Part shown: positions 45,445 to 54,759 of the stretch, in pieces | Layout: each line of letters opens with the position of its first letter | Position numbering within the stretch: position 1 is the stretch's first letter | Assembly: GCA_963810185.1 (NCBI GenBank) | Contig: CAWEMJ010000007.1 | Coordinates: forward strand, 220,447 to 284,446 | Reading direction: 5' to 3' | DNA length: 64,000 nucleotides | Source: an uncultured Gemmatimonadales bacterium | GTDB taxonomy: Bacteria; Gemmatimonadota; Gemmatimonadetes; Gemmatimonadales; GWC2-71-9 | Notes under the pieces: generated by a model | What the model saw: the letters and a program-made list of their open reading frames with translations, nothing else | The model's database searches: none | What the model was told of the DNA's origin: nothing | Position numbers and translations under genes: made by a program

Positions 45445-46776
45445 TCAACGCTTCTCCTGCCCCGCTGCCTTGCTGCCTCGCTGCCCCGCCTTCAACAGCC
45501 ACTCCCTCATCAGGTCCTCGAGATGATCCACCACCGGGCGGCTCCGGATTTCCTCCAGCACGTCCGCCGCGAAGGCATAGGTCAGGAGGGTGCGTGCCTC
45601 GGCCTCGGGAATGCCGCGACTGCGACAGTAGAAGAGCGGCACGTCGTTCAGGCTCCCGACCGTGGCTCCGTGGGTGCACTTCACGTCGTCGGCAAAGATC
45701 TCGAGCTGCGGCTTGGTGTCCACCTTGGCCGTTTCGGAGAGGAGCAGATTCTTGTTGGTCTGCTTGCCGTCGGTCTTCTGGGCCACCGGATGGACGTACA
45801 CCTTGCCGTTGAACACCCCGTGGGAGTATCCGTCGAGGATGCCCTTGTACACCTCCCAGCTGGTGCAGTTGGGGGCGGCGTGCTCGATCCGGGTCTGGTG
45901 GTCGACGTGCTGCCGGCCTTCGCCCAGGTACAGCCCGTAGAGCGTGGCGTGCGCCCCCGGTCCGGCCAGCGTGGTGTAGATGTTGGTCCGGGAGAGCGCC
46001 GCGCCCTGCGCGAACGAGAAGGAGTTGAGATAGCTGTCCCGCTCCTGGCGCACCTCGAGCGTGGCGAGGTGAAAGGCCTGGACGCTCTCCCGCTGGATCT
46101 TGCAGTGATCGAACCGCGCGCCGACACCCAGATTGGCCTCGGTGACCGTGTTGGTCAGTGCCACGCCCTCGGCCAGCGCCACGTAGCTCTCGACCACCGA
46201 CGCCACGGCGTTGGCGCCCAGCACCACCACGTTGCGCGGATACACGGCGCCGCGCACCGCGCGGCTGTCGGCCACGAAGAGCACATGAATCGGCGTGCTG
46301 ACCGCGGTGCCAGCAGGCAGGACGATGGCGTAGCCGTCCACGAACGCCGAGGCGTTCTGCCCGACGAGCGCCGCGGCGGCCGGTTGGCGGGCCAGCGTGC
46401 CCAAGGTGCCTTCCACCAGTTCCGGCGCGTCGAGTAGCAACTCGGCGAGCGGGCCCACGCGGGCGCCGGCCGGCAGGCCGGTCAGCTGCGAGAGCGCCGG
46501 CTGGAACCGGCCGTTGGCGAATACCAGCCTCGGCCACTCCGCATGCCCGAACAGGAATGGGGCGAGGTCGGCCGCCGTCAGGGCACCGGGCGCGCGGACC
46601 GGACCGAGCTCCGCCTTGGCGATCGGGGACAGGTCGGTGAAACGCCAGTCTTCATCGCGGGGGGTCGGGAGGCGGAGCCCCTCAAACCGGGCCGCGCCGT
46701 CGCGCCGGAGGGCGAGCACCCATGCCGGCTCGGCGCCGCGAAGCGCCGGGGCCACGGGAGTTCCGGTGGCGGTCAC
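45445..46776 (-). CDS. sufD: Fe-S cluster assembly protein SufD
   Basis: ORF 45445..46806. The likely start is GTG 46776, overlapping the sufC TGA (GTGA). Typical SufD C-terminus (TKPQLEIFADDVKCTHGATVG...LFYCRSRGI). Confidence 0.9.
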   Translation of the reverse strand: MTATGTPVAPALRGAEPAWVLALRRDGAARFEGLRLPTPRDEDWRFTDLSPIAKAELGPVRAPGALTAADLAPFLFGHAEWPRLVFANGRFQPALSQLTGLPAGARVGPLAELLLDAPELVEGTLGTLARQPAAAALVGQNASAFVDGYAIVLPAGTAVSTPIHVLFVADSRAVRGAVYPRNVVVLGANAVASVVESYVALAEGVALTNTVTEANLGVGARFDHCKIQRESVQAFHLATLEVRQERDSYLNSFSFAQGAALSRTNIYTTLAGPGAHATLYGLYLGEGRQHVDHQTRIEHAAPNCTSWEVYKGILDGYSHGVFNGKVYVHPVAQKTDGKQTNKNLLLSETAKVDTKPQLEIFADDVKCTHGATVGSLNDVPLFYCRSRGIPEAEARTLLTYAFAADVLEEIRSRPVVDHLEDLMREWLLKAGQRGSKAAGQEKR

Positions 46777-47531
46777 GCGACGGCCCCTGCCGCTTCGGTG
46801 AGCCACTCGTAGCCGCGCTCCTCGAGCTCGAGCGCCAGTTCCTTGCCGCCCGACTTCACGATCCGGCCGCCGGCCAGCACGTGCACGTAATCCGGCACGA
46901 TGTGGTTGAGCAGCCGCTGGTAGTGCGTCACCACGATGGTGGCGCTGTCGGGGCGACGGAGCGCGTTGACGCCGTCGGCCACGATCTTGAGCGCGTCGAT
47001 GTCGAGGCCGGAATCGGTCTCGTCGAGGATGGCCAGCGACGGCTCCAGCACCGCCATCTGGAGGATCTCATTCCGCTTTTTCTCGCCGCCCGAAAAGCCG
47101 GCGTTGACGGCCCGGCTCATGATCTCGGGGCCCCATTCGACGAGCTTGAGCTTCTCCTCCAGCAGGTCGAGGAAGTCCATCGGATCGAGTTCCTCGAGCC
47201 CGTGCGCGGCGCGCTTGGCATTGTAGGCCGCCCGGAGGAAGTAGGCGTTGGTCACGCCGGGAATTTCCACCGGATACTGGAAGGCCAGGAAGACGCCGGC
47301 CTGCGCCCGCGCCTCGGGTTCCATGTCCAGCAGATCCTGCCCCTTGTACGTGACCGACCCCCCGGTGACTTCGTAGGCGGGATGGCCGGCGAGCACCTGG
47401 GCGAGCGTGCTCTTCCCGCTGCCGTTGGGGCCCATGATGGCATGCACCTCGCCCGCATTGACGGTGAGCGTGATGCCCCGGAGGATTTCGGTGCCGCCGG
47501 CGGTGGCGGTCAGGTCTTTGATGTCAAGCAC
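46773..47531 (-). CDS. sufC: Fe-S cluster assembly ATPase SufC
   Basis: Embedded in ORF 46773..49025. Start at GTG 47531 (VLDIKDLTATAGGTEILRGITLTVNAGEVHAIMGPNGSGKSTL). FSGGEKKRNEILQ and ILDETDSGLD motifs are present. Confidence 0.95.
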   Translation of the reverse strand: MLDIKDLTATAGGTEILRGITLTVNAGEVHAIMGPNGSGKSTLAQVLAGHPAYEVTGGSVTYKGQDLLDMEPEARAQAGVFLAFQYPVEIPGVTNAYFLRAAYNAKRAAHGLEELDPMDFLDLLEEKLKLVEWGPEIMSRAVNAGFSGGEKKRNEILQMAVLEPSLAILDETDSGLDIDALKIVADGVNALRRPDSATIVVTHYQRLLNHIVPDYVHVLAGGRIVKSGGKELALELEERGYEWLTEAAGAVA

Positions 47532-47575
47532 GTGCTGTTCTCCCGGATGGCGCCCGCTCGGCGGGCGCCGGTGAC

Positions 47576-49008
<1,433 letters not shown>

Positions 49009-49012
<4 letters not shown>

Positions 49013-49716
49013 GCGGTGACTCCATGGGACCGACCGATGCCGATGGGGACCGGCGGCGTGAACTGCACTTGGTATTCGCAGGCGGCGCATCCGTCGAGCA
49101 CGTGGGCCTGCAGGTCCACGGATGCCCCGAGCGCGGCGCTCAGAAAACGCTCTTCCGCCGCGCAGATTTCCGGAAAGCGTTCGGCCACGGCGCGAATGGC
49201 ACAGTTGTGCTCGGTGAGCGTGCCCCCCTCCGCCGATCCCTCCCAGCCCGGCATGAAGCCGTCCTCCTGGAGGAGACGGGTCACCGCCGCGAGCCGCCGT
49301 TCCGCCGGCAACTCGGCGAGGCCGCTCGGGAGCCGCCGGAGCAGGGCCGCATACCTCGCCTCGAGCGCCCCGACGACGGCATCGCGTCCATCGCGCTCCA
49401 CCAGCGTCTCGAGGACATCGGTCAGCGCGGACTCGTAACGGCGCGGGAACACCTGCTCCCCCGCCATGGAAAGGCGATAGGCAAAGACCGGGGCGCCGAC
49501 CCCGCGCTGCTCCCGTTCGTGGGACAAGAGGCCACCGACCTCGAGCTCCTTGAGGTGATGGCGAATGGCGTTGAGCGAGAGCCCCAACCGTCCGGCGAGA
49601 TCCTTGGCCGTCAGCCCCGGACTGAGCTTGAGCTCCACGAGAATGGACGCTCGAGGTCCCTTGTAGCCGACCGGCAGTGCGGCAGAGGCCCGGAGATGAG
49701 CAATAGGTATCGCCAT
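49009..49716 (-). CDS. sufR: SufR-like winged-helix Fe-S cluster biogenesis regulator
   Basis: 235 aa with an N-terminal ArsR/DeoR-type wHTH ([35 protein letters not shown]) and a C-terminal Cys cluster (EHNCAI...PEICAAEE...GCAACEY). It is the first gene of the suf operon and overlaps the sufB start by 4 nt. Confidence 0.8.
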
Positions 49717-49725
49717 GATGGACGA

Positions 49726-49754
49726 ATTCTAGGCCCTGGTTTGGCGATTGTCAA
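49726..49754 (-). promoter_or_regulatory. Candidate sigma70-type sufR promoter (TTGACA-17-TAGAAT), placing the TSS within about 3 nt of the ATG
   Basis: On the minus strand, TTGACA is 49754-49749 and TAGAAT is 49731-49726, with exactly 17 nt between them. Only 9 nt separate the -10 from the ATG at 49716, and there is no SD. Confidence 0.4.
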
Positions 49755-49908
49755 GTTCGCGTGGTATAATTGGTGTGAATTCTCAATGCCTTACATAACA
49801 TCATGTTAGCCGATAGCACCCAGAACGCCATCGACATGTAGCAGTGGTGCCATGAGAACCGACGAGTTCCGTGACCTGCCCAGCAGGCAAATGTAAATCG
49901 TTTCCAAA

Positions 49909-49922
49909 CAACGAGTTTGTTG
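49909..49922. promoter_or_regulatory. CAAC-N6-GTTG palindrome (cyanobacterial SufR-box pattern); extended form AACAAC-N6-GTTGTT
   Basis: aAACAACgagtttGTTGTT read at 49906-49924. It lies 193 nt upstream of the sufR ATG and 79 nt upstream of the def ATG. Confidence 0.3.
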
Positions 49923-50000
49923 TTAGGGGTCGCATATACTACTACTAAAATGTCCGGCGTGCTCTCTTGTTTCCTCCCCTCGGAAATGCAAGATTAGGCC

Positions 50001-50573
50001 ATGACCATCCACCGCATCCGTCTCCTCGGCGACCCGATTCTCCGCACCCGGTGCGAACCGATCACCAAACCACGTTCCACGGCGGTGCGGGTCATCCTCG
50101 ATGACATGCGCGAGACGCTCCGGGACTGGCAGTCCCGGTTTGGGAGTGGTCGCGCCATCGCCGCGCCCCAGATCGGGGCACCGGTCCGGATGGTCTATGT
50201 GGAGATGGACAAGCCCTGGCCGCTCATCAATCCCGAGATCATCGACATCGGCACGGAAGACTTCACCGTCTGGGATGATTGCTTCTCGTTCCCGAACTTG
50301 ATGGTCCAGGTGTCGCGGGCGTACCGGATCCGCGTGCAGTACCAGGATATCAAGGGGGAAACGCACGAGGTGGAGCTGGAAGGAGACCGCGCGGAACTGC
50401 TGCAGCACGAGATTGACCACCTCGACGGCGTCCTGGCCGTGGACCGGCCGCATGGGCTCGATCCGTTCTGCCTCCGGGAGGAATGGAACCGACTCCACGC
50501 CGCGGACGGCCGCTATGGCGAGCCGGAGCCGAGACACGCCCACTACGCCACGCCGCTCAGCGGACTGATCTGA
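50001..50573 (+). CDS. def: Peptide deformylase
   Basis: 190 aa with motif 1 GRAIAAPQIG, motif 3 QHEIDHLDG, and a divergent motif 2 (DDCFSFP instead of EGCLS). Confidence 0.85.
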   Translation: MTIHRIRLLGDPILRTRCEPITKPRSTAVRVILDDMRETLRDWQSRFGSGRAIAAPQIGAPVRMVYVEMDKPWPLINPEIIDIGTEDFTVWDDCFSFPNLMVQVSRAYRIRVQYQDIKGETHEVELEGDRAELLQHEIDHLDGVLAVDRPHGLDPFCLREEWNRLHAADGRYGEPEPRHAHYATPLSGLI

Positions 50574-50579
50574 CGAGCC

Positions 50580-52706
50580 CTAGAACCAGCGGCCGATCCG
50601 TACGAAGACGTTGTCGATGCCGGTGCTCGTGATTCCGTAGGCGGCCTGGATGTCGCCGATCGGCGTGCCGGCCGCCAATCCCACCCGGACGCCGCCCAGC
50701 CAGTCGGTATCGGCAAAAAGATCTCCGCCATTCGCGCTCCGTCCGACCGCCGCCAGGACTTCCCAACGCAGCGTGCCCCGAATCGGATGGGACACGTTCA
50801 GTCCGCCAAAGACCTCGCGATCCCCTCGGAGCTGTTCGACGGCCAGCCCCGGAAACCCCTGGGCTCCCCCAAGCGGAAACTGGTCCTGCAGCGGCAGGTC
50901 TTCGCCCCAGCCGAGGCGGGCAATCGGGGTCAGTGCCAGCTTCCCCGCCTCGAACGTGTACGAGGTCGTGAGCCCGATGCTCTGGTAGGTGGCCGACCAG
51001 ATCAGCACGCCATCCGTCTTCCACGCACCCCGGGGCCGCCGCGCAAAGAACCGGACCCCGGCACTGGATCCGTTGAGCAGGGAATCGTTGCCCGCGGCCG
51101 TGGTGTCTCCGTCCTTCCAGCGTCGCCCGTCGAAACCCACCCCGAGGACCCACCCGGCCGCCAGTCCCTGCTCGACTCCTGCGAACAGGACACCCTGTCG
51201 CGTGTCGGTGCGTCCCGCGTCGGTGCCGTCGGCGTCGTAGAGCGTGATCGCCTGGTTCTCGAGGCGCACGGTGGCCGTTGGGGCGAGCCAGGTCTGGCCG
51301 GCGCCGATGTAGCGCCGGAGTCCGAGCGCCAGGTCGTTCAGGAGCGTGCCGACTCCCAGGGTGGCACTCCCTTCCCATGCGTGGCCGAAGAGCCGACGGT
51401 CGAGATACATCATGCCCGCGCGCGCGCCAAGATCCCGGTCGTACGCGAGGGTCACGCCAGCAAGCTTGGACGGGGCCGGCTGCACGGTGGCGTGAAACGC
51501 GACTCGCCCTCCGGGCGCGGCGACGGGGTGCAGCCAGAGCGCCGTGTAGGCCCCGAGCTGGTTGACCGCGTGCACCTGGCGGGCCAGGGTGGCTGCGTCG
51601 ATTGTCGCCCCTGGGTTGAGGCCGAGGAACGACTCCAGCACCCGAACGTCGGTCGGTGCGCCCCCGGCCAGCGTGAAGGTCGCCACCCGGGTGGGAAGCA
51701 CTCCGGTCGGCACCATCCCCGTCGGCAGGCAGCTGGCGCCAGCCAGAACCGAGTCCGCGGCACGTCGGCCGCGGCGCCGGATGGAATCCACGGCGGCAGG
51801 AGCGAAGTCGAGGTTCTTGAATTCCTTCAGCTCCACCCGGATGTAGACGTCTTCGGGGCCGAGCGAGTCGATCGGCTGGACGAACAGGAACCCGGCGAGC
51901 TGATCGGCGACGGCCAGGGTGCCGGTCTCGAGCTCCTTTTCCGTCAGGAGCGGCGACGTGACGTCGGACACGATGATTCGCGTGACGCCGGGAAGCCCCC
52001 GGGCCACGGCGACCGGCACGTTGGCGGAAAGGCCTCCGTCCACCAGGAGACGCCCATCGATGTTCTCCGGCGGAAACAGCAGTGGAACCGACATGCTCGC
52101 CCGAACCGCCTGCGCGAGGTCGCCGGAGGAAAGCACCACGGTGTCGCGGGTCACGAGATCGGTGGCCACGGCGCGGAACGGAATCGGCAGCCGATCGAAG
52201 TCGCCCAGGGCGAGCAGGTTCGACCGGAGGAGGAATGCGGAGAGCAGGGCATTGGCGTCGGCCTCGTCGACGCTCGGGCTCTGGAGCACAAACCCATTCT
52301 TGCCGTTCGCCCAGGTGAGCAGGGGGGAGAACGGTTCCCACGCCAGCGGGCCAGCGGGTGCGGTAGGGGAAAAGAGCGAGGTGGGTCCGGACGAGGCCGT
52401 GAGTGAATCCGCCTGGCGCGCGCGCACGCCTCCGGCGTACAGCGCGCCGATGATCGCGCCCATGCTGGTGCCGACCACGTAGTCCGGCCGGATGCCGAGG
52501 CTGTCCATTGCGGCGAGCACGCCGAGATGCGCGAGCCCCTTCGCGCCGCCGCCCGAGAGGACCAGGGCGGTCTTGCCGGGGGTGCAGGCGGGCGCCTGCG
52601 CGACCAGCGGCGACGCCAGCACGACCCCGCCAAGGACCGCCGAAGCCAGCCACCCCTTGCGCCGCGGGAAGGAAGGCCGCAATACTTGCCGCAGGACTTG
52701 CCGCAC
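50580..52706 (-). CDS. Patatin-like phospholipase fused to a POTRA/Omp85 (surface antigen D15) barrel; PlpD-like type Vd autotransporter architecture
   Basis: ORF 50580..52826. I prefer GTG 52706 because the 5' extension overlaps divergent fdx[18 protein letters not shown]...[17 protein letters not shown] (GxGxxG and GxSxG). The C-terminal beta-barrel ends ...VFVRIGRWF. Confidence 0.85.
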   Translation of the reverse strand: MRQVLRQVLRPSFPRRKGWLASAVLGGVVLASPLVAQAPACTPGKTALVLSGGGAKGLAHLGVLAAMDSLGIRPDYVVGTSMGAIIGALYAGGVRARQADSLTASSGPTSLFSPTAPAGPLAWEPFSPLLTWANGKNGFVLQSPSVDEADANALLSAFLLRSNLLALGDFDRLPIPFRAVATDLVTRDTVVLSSGDLAQAVRASMSVPLLFPPENIDGRLLVDGGLSANVPVAVARGLPGVTRIIVSDVTSPLLTEKELETGTLAVADQLAGFLFVQPIDSLGPEDVYIRVELKEFKNLDFAPAAVDSIRRRGRRAADSVLAGASCLPTGMVPTGVLPTRVATFTLAGGAPTDVRVLESFLGLNPGATIDAATLARQVHAVNQLGAYTALWLHPVAAPGGRVAFHATVQPAPSKLAGVTLAYDRDLGARAGMMYLDRRLFGHAWEGSATLGVGTLLNDLALGLRRYIGAGQTWLAPTATVRLENQAITLYDADGTDAGRTDTRQGVLFAGVEQGLAAGWVLGVGFDGRRWKDGDTTAAGNDSLLNGSSAGVRFFARRPRGAWKTDGVLIWSATYQSIGLTTSYTFEAGKLALTPIARLGWGEDLPLQDQFPLGGAQGFPGLAVEQLRGDREVFGGLNVSHPIRGTLRWEVLAAVGRSANGGDLFADTDWLGGVRVGLAAGTPIGDIQAAYGITSTGIDNVFVRIGRWF

Positions 52707-52749
52707 CCCCTGTGCGGCGGACCTTCTTCCCGAGGGAGCGGCTGGCACG

Positions 52750-53013
52750 ATGACGTACGTGATCACGGAACCCTGTATCGGCGTCAAGGATCGGGCGTGT
52801 GTCGATGTCTGCCCGGTGGATTGCATCTACGAAGGCGAAGACCAACTCTACATCAACGCGGACGAGTGCATCGATTGTGGTGCCTGCGAACCGGAATGTC
52901 CGGTGACCGCGATCTTCCCGGAAGAGGACGTCCCGCCGCAATACACCGCGTTCATCGAGAAGAACCGCGAAGTATTCGAAGGCGACAACCCGCCCGGCCG
53001 GCCCGACCGGTAA
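52750..53013 (+). CDS. fdxA: 7Fe-type ferredoxin (FdxA-like)
   Basis: Start at ATG 52750: [29 protein letters not shown]...[18 protein letters not shown]. 87 aa. Confidence 0.9.
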   Translation: MTYVITEPCIGVKDRACVDVCPVDCIYEGEDQLYINADECIDCGACEPECPVTAIFPEEDVPPQYTAFIEKNREVFEGDNPPGRPDR

Positions 53014-53034
53014 GGACACACCCCGGTCGACGAT

Positions 53035-53067
53035 GCGGCGCTGCCCCAACGGGCGGCGCCGCTTTTT
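53035..53067 (+). terminator. Rho-independent terminator of fdxA
   Basis: GCGGCGC-tg-CCC-caac-GGG-cg-GCGCCGC followed by TTTTT (53063-53067). It starts 22 nt after the TAA. Confidence 0.75.
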
Positions 53068-53295
53068 GCGTTGAACCCCAACGTTCACTCGACTGGCGAC
53101 CCCCGGCAAGTGGTCGTACCCAGGCAACGCTGGCGGCACGCTGGGGGATGGACGCGAGGCGGCCCCGGAACCGTACTGCTTGGCCGCGGTCCCGGAGCCG
53201 TAGGGTAGGTAGGATTACTGAAGCGACGGAGGCCGGCGTGATACCAACCGAACCGGCGCCTCACTGACTTAGACGCCCGAGGCCGCCAAATGGTT

Positions 53296-54519
53296 TCATC
53301 CGGCCGGAGGCGGGGGTTCTTCGAGGCGGGCCAGCAGCATCTGCAGGTGCTGATTGAACGCCGTCGGCTGCTCGAGGGGCGCCAGGTGTCCGGCGCCCGG
53401 AATGATGGCCAACTTGGCGCCCGGAATGGCCTTGGCCATCCCTTCGGCATCTTTCGGCGGAGTCAGCGCATCCTCGGCGCCGACCACCACGAGGGTGGAC
53501 AGCCCCCCCAGCGTGGTGAGCAGCTCCGTGGAGTCGGGCCGATCGCGCATGGCGGCCAGTGCGCCGAGGATGCCGGGCACCGGCGCGGCGGCCATCATGG
53601 CACGGACCTCGTCGCGAAGCGAGTCGGGCGCGCCCTTGGCCAACAGCTTGGGGAGCATCTGCTCGGCGATGAGCGGAGCTCCCCCCTCGCGCGCGACCCC
53701 CATGGCGGCCTCACGTCCCTTGCGCCCTTCGGCGCTGTCGGCCTGCGCCCGGGTGTCGGCGAGCACCAGCGCGCGGACGCGGGGGCGGTGACGGCGCAAA
53801 AATTCGAACGCCACATAGCCGCCCATCGACAAGCCGGCGAGCACCACGTCGTCCACGCCGATGGCATCGAGCAGCGCCGCCAGATCGTCGGCATAGGTGG
53901 CCATGCTGTAGCCGAGATCGGGCGCGTCGGAACGGCCGAGCCCGCGCAGGTCGGGAATGAGCGTGCGCCAGCCCGGAAACGCCCCCGCCTGGTGACGCCA
54001 GAGGCTGCCATCCAAGGGGTATCCGTGGACGAAGAGCAGGGCCGGGCCACTGCCGCGGTCATCGAGGGCCAGCTCCACGCCGTGGACGCTGACGCGGCGC
54101 TGTGAGGCGGCCGCGGGCGGGAGGGTCGGGAGGAGAAAGGCGGCCACTGCCGGCGGAATCGGAACGGCGCCGCCCGCGCGATCGACGCAGACGAACACCG
54201 ACTCGGCGGTGGCGATCAGCAGGTCGTCCGATTCGCGGCGGGCCACTTGCCGCATGGAGAAACTGGTCCTGCCCAGGCGGGTGACCGCAAGCTGGAAGCG
54301 GAGCGAGTGGCCGGGATAGGCGGGCGCGTGGTACTCGATGACGGCGCGGCGGACAGCGGGCCAGACGCCCTCGCGCTCGAAGAGGTCCATGCCGGGGCCG
54401 CCGGCAAGCATCTGCCAGCGCGCCCGCTCGAAATACGCGAGGAACGAGGCCTGATTGAGGTGCCCGAACGTGTCGCAGTCGCCCGGGTAGACGGTGAAGA
54501 CGACAGGCGCGTCGCTCAT
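53296..54519 (-). CDS. Fusion protein: 4HBT/YbgC-type acyl-CoA thioesterase (N-terminal) plus alpha/beta hydrolase (C-terminal)
   Basis: Start at ATG 54519 (GGAGG 8 nt upstream): MSDAPVVFTVYPGDCDTFGHLNQASFLAYFERARW... (hotdog fold). Then LLFVHGYPLDGSLW...GLSMGGYVAFEF...GAGHLAPLEQP (nucleophile elbow and catalytic His). Confidence 0.8.
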   Translation of the reverse strand: MSDAPVVFTVYPGDCDTFGHLNQASFLAYFERARWQMLAGGPGMDLFEREGVWPAVRRAVIEYHAPAYPGHSLRFQLAVTRLGRTSFSMRQVARRESDDLLIATAESVFVCVDRAGGAVPIPPAVAAFLLPTLPPAAASQRRVSVHGVELALDDRGSGPALLFVHGYPLDGSLWRHQAGAFPGWRTLIPDLRGLGRSDAPDLGYSMATYADDLAALLDAIGVDDVVLAGLSMGGYVAFEFLRRHRPRVRALVLADTRAQADSAEGRKGREAAMGVAREGGAPLIAEQMLPKLLAKGAPDSLRDEVRAMMAAAPVPGILGALAAMRDRPDSTELLTTLGGLSTLVVVGAEDALTPPKDAEGMAKAIPGAKLAIIPGAGHLAPLEQPTAFNQHLQMLLARLEEPPPPAG

Positions 54520-54587
54520 CAGGTATCCTCCCTGTCGGTCATCCACCCGCACGACTGTACCGCGATCACCCTGCCTGAGAGCCGCTC

Positions 54588-54758
54588 ATGCCACCGACCA
54601 CCGACTACATCCGCCACGCCGCCCGGCTCGCCCGGAAGGTTCAGCTGGACGCCACCCTGGGCGGCGCACCGGCACCCGACGCCGAATTCTACAAGACCCT
54701 CGCCAAGGCGCTCGAGGAAATCGCCGCCGGACTGGAACTGGTGTCCAAGCGCGAGTGA
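54588..54758 (+). CDS. Hypothetical 56-aa protein (below the ORF-track cutoff)
   Basis: Hand translation: MPPTTDYIRHAARLARKVQLDATLGGAPAPDAEFYKTLAKALEEIAAGLELVSKRE. High third-position G+C. It fills an otherwise empty 207-nt gap between the divergent upstream gene and the convergent downstream gene. Weak SD. Confidence 0.3.
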   Translation: MPPTTDYIRHAARLARKVQLDATLGGAPAPDAEFYKTLAKALEEIAAGLELVSKRE

Positions 54759-54759
54759 C

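Noticed and set aside
45443-46537. Apparent 785-aa SufS with a 364-aa N-terminal extension (ORF 44180..46537). Similar cases are the 750-aa ORF 46773..49025 and the 638-aa ORF 31637..33553
   Set aside because: The extensions are out-of-frame read-throughs across the upstream genes (sufD, sufB, NIF3) and have shadow-frame composition. Canonical N-termini with proper starts exist at 45442, 47531 and 33097.
49806-49853. 15-aa minus-strand mini-ORF (MAPLLHVDGVLGAIG) upstream of sufR
   Set aside because: It has no SD and lies upstream of the predicted sufR promoter. Nothing distinguishes it from chance.
53068-53295. Possible tRNA or sRNA in the 228-nt gap after the fdxA terminator (GGTTCGGTTGG on the minus strand looked T-loop-like)
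   Set aside because: It does not fit GGTTCGAnTCC, and no cloverleaf, acceptor pairing or flanking terminator could be built. I left it as unexplained spacer.
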